Below, one piece after another: positions 26,101-38,100 of a DNA stretch of 64,000 bases. The notes beneath the pieces were generated by a model. It was not told where the DNA came from, searched no databases, and saw only the letters and a program-made list of their open reading frames with translations. A program made the position numbers and the translations under genes. Numbering within the stretch: position 1 is the stretch's first letter; each line of letters begins with the position of its first letter. This stretch comes from Balanoglossus misakiensis (Eukaryota; Animalia; Hemichordata), in NCBI GenBank assembly GCA_040954595.2, contig CM082580.2:9588390-9652389 (forward strand). Direction: 5' to 3'.

Positions 26101-29100
26101 CTAATCCTTTACACTGGCTCAGGTCTGGCCTACTTAAACAGTTCACATGTAATATTAGTATTTTGAGCTGAGATGTTTCAGAAATGTTTCAGTGGTCCCT
26201 GTGTGACGTGACACGCCACGCCATATATAATGGGCAGCTTAAAACTGTGAGGATGATGCAAGAGTTGTAAGCTACATACCCTGCGGTAACGTCACAAAAT
26301 AGGGAGGAGGAAACAGGTGGCCCGCCGCAAAGTGGTGCCCAATTCTTGATTTCAACAAAGCCTCAGTCGTTGTCTGTGCTGCTGTCATTGTACTTGAACC
26401 CTGAAAGTAGATCAAGAGGAGTACATGAAATGATGCAGTCACAGTCTCCGTTCCTAGAGCTGACAAAAAAATTCTGGTACCAAGTGAGGTACCAGACTTC
26501 AAACTTCACGTTCATAACACTCAGGACTCTTGGAATTGTCTTATTTCACTTTTTCCAGATGACAAAATCCATATCTTACGATACGATTTTTGGGCAAAAA
26601 AAAAAAAAAAACACTTCAACCCCACACACAGGTGTTTTCCCATAAATTCAAGGAAATGACCAGTTTTTGGCAATTATCTTTAACGTGTGCATTCATTTTT
26701 CGAAATACATGCAGTAACATGTTGGGTTCTTTCTCTGTTTAGCAGAAGGCCCTGACCCCTGGACCATGGCAATTTGGTGGCCATAAATATACACTGTTAG
26801 GAAATGCTTCTCTTGACCTATTTTAAAGTGTTAATTGCTTTTCTCACCTACATGCACATTAGTGGCCCGAAATAGAACATGTAACAGATACTTTTCTTAC
26901 TGGTACAGGAGTAATTTATAACCCTCCCCTTATCAAGGCCACAACGAATACCCTAGCTGTCTCATTTTATAGTACATTGTTTCCATTGTGTGTTTTTAAT
27001 CTGCACAAAATGTCTTTCCAGGAAAGACGCCAGGTGCCCATGTGGTCCCTCCCGACTCCGACTGTTTATAAAATATAGATGAATACCTGGTAATTTTAAA
27101 TTAATATTTGCTGGTTGTAGGAGTATTTGATCAGGTCACTAGACCTGGATGTTTAAAGGGGCATATGCAATGCCCAGCCAGACAACCTTTTGTTTCCCAA
27201 TAAACAGTTCCCTGTATGGACGAAATGGCTATTGTTTATATCCTCTATAGTATAAATACTTTATATATATCATTAACACCAAGGTAATAATAACATGTCT
27301 ACATTTAATATACAAGTTATACAAAATCTACAGTCCACCTTGACTCTAAAATACATAGTTTTGATAATTTTCAAGTAAATTTAGGTTTAACATGTGGAAT
27401 ATTCCGGAGGCTGGCTATAACTAGGGTACCGGAAATGCTATCATTAGATGGTTAGCCTCAGGTTTTCTCATGCTATAGATAGATCGCAGCATGGATGGGC
27501 TTACGCACATGTGCCTGTGTGCCCTTGAGACAAAAGTCAGTGATGGTACTGCATTCATTGGGTTACAAAGATCAGGGGTTCTGAAGTTATTAATAGAACT
27601 GTAAAACCTATATACCCCTAGAGGGGTAGTAGAGGTAGATGACAAGGGTCTGAGAATATGCTATTAGTGGCTGCTGCGGGACTTTGTGAATTTATGAACG
27701 TTTTGCATGACTTGTGATGCACAATTTGAACAGCATGAGCACACTTTGAAACAGTTACATCAAAACAATATTATACATTTTGGAGAGCTTTTCATTTTGA
27801 ATATGTTAATTAAATAGTTCTTTTTATATTGTTGCTAACTAAATACTATTATTCACACAAAAATAATATACAGAAACTTCACAAGACTTACTGGCTGTGG
27901 GGCAGGTGTTGATGTCGCCGATGCTGGTAATCCCAATGATATGTTAGGCAGTGAGGGAGATGTATACAAATTCACATCGTTGGTTCCCAGCATCCGTTTC
28001 ATCATGAGTGGGTATCCACCGACTTCAGCCTAGACGAGTGCAAACACATACAGGTAACAGTATTATTGCCAATGCTATGCTTTGAAAGCAAACAAAAGTT
28101 CGAATACATGTTTGACGACTGGAGATACCCCCCACATCTCAGGTACACGCTATTTATCGTGAATAATTATTACATTCAAGAAATGAAGCGATTGCTAGTT
28201 CAGGGAGACTGCATGCTTTGAGAAGCCCTCAGCCCAAGCTCGGAGGCCCACTGGTTTAATCAGCTGGGTATCCACCCTGTTAGAGCAGAAGAAGCTTCTG
28301 TCTGTAGAGTACTTATAGATGGATGAATATATAATAGAAATTGTATTTACCTCAGCCCCTAGGACTGAAGTGCCTCCGTTGCCGAAATCCGTAGCTGGAA
28401 TACCTCCACTCTGCGGGGAGCTGGGCCCTGAACCAGGTGCACTGTTACATAACGTTGTATCAACTGCAAAATATCAACCAGTCAAACGCCAGTTTATACC
28501 ACAGGCATCAAGAGATATCAGTATCAACAATATGTCATTTGGATACTGTTTGAAACTTAATATGCTACAAAATAATACAACATTTCATACATTTACTGGT
28601 GTGGTGTATAAGTAAAACTAGGGCATAATACCTTCATCAATATGATGGAAAAAATATTTCTCAACTCATCTCACAGTTTTTTACTGTGTACACACAATAC
28701 CTTTGTTAGAGGTTTATAACCCACTGAGGAGACACCAGGCAACCAAGGCAGTAATTTCAGACGTCTTAAATTGTGACATTTTCAGTCACTTGTATAATCA
28801 TCCACCTTTCGTAACTGATGTTGATTTGAATAATTATATAAAGCACATAGTGCTTACATAAAGTGATATGACATATATATGTTCCTGTGGGTATGCATAC
28901 ACACAGTCACACAAATAAAGGGTTTCTTTGTCAAGCTGGTTTGGGAAGATTGCTTGTGGAAGAGTTTCTTAACTAACTTCAAGGATGCAATAACGATCAA
29001 CTCTCTCACATATGAAACCATGTCACATCCACCCAGATGGACAATAATCTTTTTTTTTTGGACAATTTGTTTATAAATGGTGTCGAAAATGTGCATATTC

Positions 29101-32100
29101 TGCACAAGAACTTGGCAAATGGATACTGATATTCTAAAATATATTGTCGACTCAATTCATCTAAATCATGTCAATATTAATTTGTACAATAACCGTCTGA
29201 CTAAAGGGTTTCAATGCAGTCTCCTTAACTTACTGCATGAAACACTTTGTATGTTTAATAGTATTCTTTTTAATTCACTGGTATTTTTGTAACAAGAGTC
29301 AGTGTTCCTACCAGCACATTTGCCTAGGATGTCCACTTTCAAAAGCTATATTTCAATTGGGATCAACATGGCAGTGTACAATTTATTACCCAAGCAGGAT
29401 ACACACCGCCTCAAAGCTATTTTTATCCACTTTTCATTTTTGTAATCAATAAAATCTATGAGCCCGGAAGTACGCTAAAGATTTGGGCAAAAATACACCA
29501 GACTTTGTGAACCTTGATGAAAAACAGTATTTATCATACCGGAAAGAACACATCATTTTAAGGTTGCATGAACCTTGCATTGCGAAGTGTTCTTTTTTCT
29601 TGATATTCCTCCTCTGGTTATATGATACAGCCAGGTGCTGGATATGAACCAAGCATATGATCTCTTCACCACAAAATTATGTATGATAATAATATGAATA
29701 AACAGGCAACCGTTCATTCAATGTAGTCAGACATGCAGTAGAATTTTTTAACCACTTAAAAATAAAAGTGAGTTGCCCATGCAAAGAGGATTTCAATGCT
29801 GTGTACGTGTGTGTCCCCAAGGAAACTCACTTGATAGAGGTTTGCGCTTAAGGCTGCTGGATCCATCCCTTCTTCGCAGCAGTGGGCTACTCCTGCGTTC
29901 TGTGACTTTCTCTTTCAACCGGGAACGCACCTTCAAGTTGGAGTCAGAGGCTACAAGGCAAGAGAGTAATATACAGAGAGTTCAGAAAAGAAGCCAAAAT
30001 AATACCAGAACCAAATGGCAAACAGAGGCGAGAGAAAAAAAAGAAAGATTAGAATTACAGAAGATCATTCACGGTGAAATGAATGGATCACGTATACACA
30101 CATGCAAGCGGTTGTCGGCCAAGAGGAGGATCATTCAAAGACATGCCATCCAGAGTTCACGGGAAAATCATTTCACAGCCATAAAACATGCGCTCAATGC
30201 ACGTGCCATGCTCGCATACATGCGGGATGCAACTGACAAACCATTCGGTGGATAGTTCGTGCTGGTGAATTGACAGTGGTCTGGCTGAAGGCGGGCGGGT
30301 AGATTGGTTGGTTGATGGGTGGGGAGGGGGAGGATTAATTTGCTAGCTATACCACACGTATCGTCAAAGACATTTCGGCAACACTGGAGGTAAAACAGGG
30401 TAGGGGGAATGTTCAATTGTATCACGGGGCATGGCAGTGTCTAAACACGGAGAAGCTCGACTGTGATCGATGGATGGGAGTACAATACACCTGACAGGTT
30501 AAATGAACAGCTATACAGATATAATTAGAAACGTAACATGTGTTACTCAGGTACGCACACAGGGGTCATTTCAAAGTCATACAGTGACAGAGATGGAACA
30601 CACGCAACAAACGCACATCATCTCCCCCGTTCTCAAAATTGCAATTAATTGATCATATTTGAACGGAACTAAATAGCTCGGCCACCTGTGGAAATTGCTC
30701 TCCACACGGACTAATTGGGATGCAGTCAATCATGCAATTGAATATCATGTAGGCATTGTTATTGACGGCTCATCCATATCGTATCACTCATTGGGACGTA
30801 TCCTGCCGACACAAAGCCTCATTGTTGGGAGTCCCACAACAAATCAAGAGTGATGAAGAAAATTTCCAATATCCATTCATCATCATCAAATTTTGCAATT
30901 CTTTATTCCGGGCCTTACATTGCTCGGGTCTTATCAAACTGTCACTTAAACTAGTTATACATGATTAAAATTAGATGAAGTAAGTGTTTGTTTTAAGCAA
31001 TTCTAAGCATACACTCTTTACCTAAAACATACACACAACACACAGGAATGCACACACCAAGTTTATTTCCAAAATCCTTGCTTTGATCAGGTATGTAACA
31101 GTAAGACAATACACTGACCATCGCAACAAATAACACAGACTCTATCTCCTTCAGGAGATGATGGGTATTGATCACAGTAAAGAATTCACGTCACGTACAG
31201 CTCCCAACAAACACAGTCATGGTGAGTCCACCCCTTTCAGGTTTGGAACTGGTGTACACCAAACTGGCGATTTTTGTCACTGAAAAATGCCTTATGTTTT
31301 TCATTTCAAAATCGTCATGTACTATGCAATAATGCAGATATGTTATATGGAGAGTAAATGTACATGTATGTACACACAAAAACACCTGTTGACATCTTAC
31401 CTGTTTTTCTTAACGGAAACGCATGATCATACTGACCGAGTACTGGATGCTGATATGGGGGCGAGACACCACTATGTGGAGGGGAATGATGCTCCAATGA
31501 ACTGTGGTGGGTCCTGTAAGTATTAACGATATATGAACACTTCAGCTTACAACATACCAGTGCAACAACAGATATAAAATTTTGTCTGAAAGAACTGTCC
31601 AGATCTCAACCACCAATTTTTTCTCTCTCACGAGATTTAATCACAATTCTGTAAAGGCAAACACAAACAAAACTTCCCCCTTACCATTGCCTGAAATGGT
31701 GTGGCGGGGAATGGTTTAAACTATTAGCGGCAGCCTCGCGGTGTTTTTTGTTGAGTACAAACTCTTGCAACCTCTGCTTCACCTCACTCGAGGCATTTGC
31801 ACCTGCAAAGGCAAAAGAAAGTGGTCACCACGTTTAAAATTCTGAAACAGTTAACCATACTACTGAATCAATGCACTCTAACTCATACTAGAATAGACAA
31901 TTTAAATTTTGTCAGTTACAAACTTGTGAATGTTGCTTGTAATGTTAAATTACGTATGATGTCATACCAACAAAAGACCAGGATGTGAGGTCACCTCTTG
32001 TTCATGAAAGTGGCTTTTCAAATACAGCAGCTCGCAAAAAAAAAAACTTACTGCCATGTCCCTCTGGTTTCTCCTTCTTCTTCAACAAAAGTTCCTGCCT

Positions 32101-35100
32101 CTGCCTTTCTTGTTCTCGTCGCTGTTGCTCTTGAAGCCTCGCCTGTTGCTCCAAGAGTTCTTTCTCTTTCTGCAGCTGTAGTATCCTTTGAGTCTAGTCA
32201 AGCAATTGTACACATAGTCAAGCAAAACCATAAAAAACGGCAGACACATTTCTTCGTGCCGATATCAAACAATTTTGTTCCACTTTGTACCTAAAATCAT
32301 CATTTTCAGCAGAGCCGTTTTTTATTTTTTTAAGTGATCTAAATACAAGGTTCGGTTATGGACATTTGATTAAATAACTGCATCTTTCTGATCAGATTTT
32401 CTTACTTGATAAGGAGAGGAGTTTGACACGGCATATTGTGTCCAATCAAACAGCACTCAGAAAATCATTTTGCTTGAGTATTAAGTGTCAAGTTTTCTAG
32501 AAGTGTCTGATCGTTTGAAAGGAAAAGGTAAATGACCAGTAAGTGCAGAGTGATCCAGATTTTTCAGGGTTCAACACAGACAAGCTTTGCTTTAAAGGTA
32601 AATATATTTGTGGTATGATCACCGAGTGTGTAAATTTAGCCACAGTAACCATGGGAAGTTGAGAATCATTGGATTTTCAGAAACAACTATGCCATGTCTG
32701 CATTGTATGCCATCTTGGTTTTGAAAGGAAATTTCATATATTCAAACAACACACCCAGAGTGAAGTGAGCTTTGTAAAGAGGGATATGGCATCAATGCCA
32801 ATGCGAAGACAGGAGCTCGAACAACCGGAAGAAAACTACTAGATATAATGTACATTGACATCAGTGAGTTTGATTTCACTGCGAGATATCAAGTCCCATC
32901 CACAGAAACAATAAATTACCACTAACAACAGTTTACACTATTAACAAACACAAGACAAGCACTACATCTTATAGACAACAAGAATCACACATAAATGTGG
33001 TGTACATGTACCGTGTTGACAGACACAGGGTTTGCACTGCCCACGTCACTCCAGTTCTAGGAATTTTGCAGTGTGTTTTCCAAGTACTTGAGGTCAAATA
33101 TGTGATCATGCAGGATTTCAGGATTTGATTAAAAATACTGAACAATTAACAATTTCATTTTTACAGGGCTTCCAAGGAGTGGTTAAATTTTGGAGGAATA
33201 TTGTTTTTTCCAGGAGCGCACCAAACCTGCTGCGAGTGAGCAACAATACATCAACACACACAACAGATAAAACACATTTTCCCCCCGATTTGATAATTTC
33301 TGTACTTACTGTAAAGTTACTGACCTGTAAGTGGTCATGTAGCTGTTTCTCGTGTTGTTTGGCCAGCTCCTCTTGCTGCTGTTTGAACTGTTCAATAAGC
33401 ATCTGCTTCTGCAGCTGCTGTTGCTGCTTGAGTCGCATCAGATCCTCGTGTAGTTGCTGTGACTGCATGTTGAGTTCGTTCGAATCCAACACAATATCTC
33501 TGTGGACTAGTTCTGGAGACTGCATGTGAGAAGAACCATTGCTCTCTGCAACAAGCAAAATCAAGTACATGTATTCTATTATTTAGAGAAGCAGTACGAC
33601 CCCAGTTGACATACAAAAATTGTTGAAAAACACAACAACAACTATCCAACTGTCCAACAAACAGTTTTACTTCCCAATCCATGTTCAGGTCTCATACATG
33701 TCATTCAAAATTTTCCAGCAGCTTTGTAACGGCTTTGAATTCAGTAATTTTCAGCAAAATATCAAACTATTCATTTTATCAGACCAATCGTCACATCAAT
33801 AGTGGATCACTCACACACAAGTCTCATCGCTACAGACAGAGGAAATAATATTTTGTACCATACTGCATACACATCCATCAAAATCCATTTTCATAAATGT
33901 GTGCCCCATATAACAGTGTTCTCGGTCCAAGTCTGATAGATTTTTCTTTAATGATTGAACAGTTGTGACTCTTGGCTATTAACAGTATTTCTATGTGTCA
34001 AATGTAGTTTGACTTCCCTGTTAGGATGATGAAATAGCTGATGTATAAATTTAGTAACATAAGCCATATGTGACAAATCAGCAATGATATTGCTGAGAAC
34101 TGACTTAAGTCACAAAGATCCAGTTGTATACAATGGGTAGTACTTGTACACATATACTGCCTTCAATTGGAGTAGAACAACAAATTGTAGTTTTTACTCA
34201 GAACACGAGGACTTCACAACTAAGCCACAAGTTACGGTAATGCCTCAGCACGATTATCAAGCTGTAACAGCTACATTCAAGGTATTCCTCAACATTTGTG
34301 TCTTGCATATCTGAGTAATAACAGCCTTAAGCCTTTTAAATCCCCGCAAACTCTGCTCACCGGGAACAATAAAGAAACGTCAGAGTGAACCAGTTGGTCA
34401 ACATAAAATCCACATGCTTTCACAAAGTTCTTACATGTACGTGTGTTTTTTTTCTGATAGACATAAAAATGGACGGCTGGATATTTTTTTTATAGAAATA
34501 AAAAGACTTATTGCCAGTTCATGCTTTTAAGAGATGTCAGGGACAGCTATAAATCATGACAGTCAAAACCTACACAATTTTAACTAAAATGGAAAGGGGG
34601 TGTCTCTCCATGGGGTGAACTTGCCCTACATGTAGGTCTCAATCAGACAGAAGGCCATTACAAGCGTAACCACCAATAAAATGCTCGCGAGCGAATGGTT
34701 CAGTTGCAATGAAAGATATTTTTAGAAGATGCGAATGGCGTTTACGACTGCCAACAGCAGGCATGAAAATACTGAAAGCAATGCATGCTAAAAATGTACA
34801 CTACTGCAACACCGTAAAAACAATATGTTTTCTATTTGTGCTAAACAACAACCTTCCTTTAGAAATCATGAGTAGAGTAAATATATGTATATTTAATCAT
34901 GCGACTTCCAGTATCAAGCTGTATTCGTGGCCTGGTTCCCCCCCCCCCCTCCCCATCTAGATGAAACACTGCAAACAGCTAAAAAAAATTGAGATTTGGT
35001 ACCCAAGTGACAAATGAAAATCAAAAATGAATATTGTAAGCAGAGCTAACGCTTATGGCCTCCATCTAACATTCACTGGATTTTTTTGTTCATCTCGTCT

Positions 35101-38100
35101 CTGTTGTTGAAATGTTTAAGGATTTAGATTTGGGCAAGCTAAAGGTAAGCAAAATGTCAGCTGGCTTACCTTTGGGCTGCATGTGGTTTGAAAAGTGAGA
35201 GTTGACATCTAATTCCCTTCGCCCTCCCAAAGATGGTTCTACATTACAAACAAAAACAAAAATAAACAAAAAGATTGAAATTAACAGAACAATAAAACTG
35301 TCTTCCTAGCAATACCGCTTACCCTTTCAATCTATCTCATCCTTTGACTGTTATGCAAATCAATTTTATCATTTTATTATCCTAGTTGAAACTTGAACCA
35401 ATACATGTAATTTTCAGGAACATACGGATCAATTTTCATGTACAATGGAGTACATGTATACCACGCTGTATGTATTTCCCTCACAAGCAAATGACAAGGC
35501 ATAACACAAATTAAAGTATTCCATCAGTGTTCGGAAACAAAAATCTGCTTGGCAAAAGCACGATTTAGTCTCTTCTAGACTAGCACATATGTAACTGTGG
35601 CTGAAGTCCTACAGAGAGCTGATTAGCATTGCAACAATTTTTTTTTCTGAAGCTATGAATGAATTAATTTCTAATATAACCTATAACCTTTTAAAACCGT
35701 TCTTTCGGATGATTCAATTAAAATTTTAAAATTCTGAAAGTGGCCTTTTCTCTTCACTATTACTCAGTCAGAGTGGGATCCTCTTCAACAATTATACATA
35801 TGAATACATTTTCAAATGTTGCTGGCAGGTGACAATGACGTGTACTTTGGAATGTTATCTGTAGGGGTGCGTTCAGCTCAAATGGTTATACGGGTCAGTC
35901 AAACCCAAATCCGGAAGTGTGATACATTTCGCATGCTAAAAATAGAGGTGAGTAGCTTCTATGAAAGCTGGTGGTATTGTATAAAGCCAAAAATATCCAA
36001 GACAATAAACAAGACAAGACCATCACCTTTCTTGTGCATAGACTCGCACAAGTAATGATGATGATTTGCAAGTTCTCATGGGAACACAAAGGCATACGTG
36101 TACATGTATGTGTGCATGCGTGTATGCATATCTGTCAAGAGCTTTCTCAGAGATGTCTAAGAATCTCAAAATGTCATCTACTGAAAAAGACAGCCACCAA
36201 TGGTGACCTATCATAACCAATAAATTGTCTATCAAAAACATACGACACTCATTAACATGTAACCGTCAACTAATTGCTTCATGCCCAGTCAGAATGAAAA
36301 TTCATATTATTTGCATAGATGACCACCAATTATGTAACACAGAAATACACAACATACGCTCTTACCAATATGCTACAACGGGAATTGATCAACTACATGT
36401 ACAGAAGTACATTGGGAGAAGAGACTCGCATGGACAAAAAGCAGATCATGAAAATCAAGTACCGGTACATGTACAGTTTACAGATTTCAGACAAAGTTAT
36501 CATCTTCGCGGCCAAAAAAAAAAATTAACTGCCCAGGATGGAGAAACAAAGTATCAGAGAACACATCATTACAACGTTATTTAGAAATCCAGCCATGTGC
36601 TACCCCCATACATAGACCGACTGATGTCAGAAAAAAAAGTTGTACATTACCAAATCTAATCTAATGTTGTTCAAGTACAGTCAGCTAGAGTTCCAGTAAG
36701 ACGGGCCTCTCCCATCTGTGCCGACCTCCCTTTTCCACAGACAGCATCCCTTCTCATGCTAATCCGCCAACATATGAGCTATATATATACACATCGATGT
36801 AACACAGTGCATGTACTGTGGGTGCATATAAATAGCCCAGGTACCCATGAAGCTTATTAATATTTAATAATTCATAGCGCTGACATTTGCTTCGGAGAAC
36901 GAGGCTCTTAGACGATTTCAAAACAGATGTCGGGAAGTCTCTCCCCGCCAGGATGTGTGTCTTAATGGGGGAAGTAATGCCATATCAATGATTAACTGTA
37001 TCTATTATTAGTATTGAATTCACTTATCTTTCCTAAAAATAGAAATTTTAAAATCCCCAGATCTCTGCATCTTTCACGTGAAACAGACCCGGGCATAATG
37101 ATGGCCAACAAGTGCATAGCAAGCTGTGACCGTGCCGACAGACCCTCAGAGATTTTGTTTTGATAAATGCCGATTACAGTTACACTGCACTAAAAAGAAC
37201 TAAAAATATCCCTGCATATGGTCTTTTTTCCTCAGTTTATCTTCTTAATGTTCTAATTTTGTAAGGCAGATGAGCAAATCACGGAGCTCACAAAAAAGGA
37301 ATTTGAAAGTATGTGACTTTGAGGCAAACAAGGTCACTCTCTTTCCAGCAGCAATTGAGGTGGAGTTTTTGCATATCAAAAAAAAAAAGACTTGAACAAA
37401 ATCACATTTGCAACAAACCACTTATTTCCATCATTCATTTTTCTAGGCAAGTTTAGAAGATGGTGCGTTTTTAAGCGCAATAGGAGTGGCACCCCCGATC
37501 CAGTTGTGATGCATCATGTGAGTGAAAGCAAAAAAAAAAGCCTGGGAAGACGATCCTTAGTGCAATACAGACCAGCTAAAATAAACTTCCTTGATATTTT
37601 TGACTGGTTATAATGAAATTACACATATATCTTGGGTGTCCAATTACCAAAATGCAATTGGGATGAGTATTAATGTACATGTATCGCAGCATAAGTAATA
37701 TCCCACAGAGATGAGCTCATGTCTATATTCGATACCATTTCTACCCCAAAATACAGGGTACCCTGCCAGGGCATAGCATTAATGGCTGTGTTTGAAGATC
37801 TATTTTGGGTTAACAGTTTCACATCCCTAAATGAGTGAGAATAAAATAGGGGAGAGGGGACAATGTGTTGTAAAGCTATTAGTGGTGCTGATGTTTTGGT
37901 CATGCCCAATCAGGATTGACGTACTTAATGGGCACAGGACACACAAACATATCTCCTACTAGTTTTAAATAGCATGCTAAAGTATCTCTCTCTCCCACCA
38001 TTTGATTGGTAGGCAATTTATAGCCACATGGTTCTGACAACGATACCGCGCTATCAGGCCGCAATAGGAAGGTTGTTTCTTTGATTCAAAGCATCCATAA

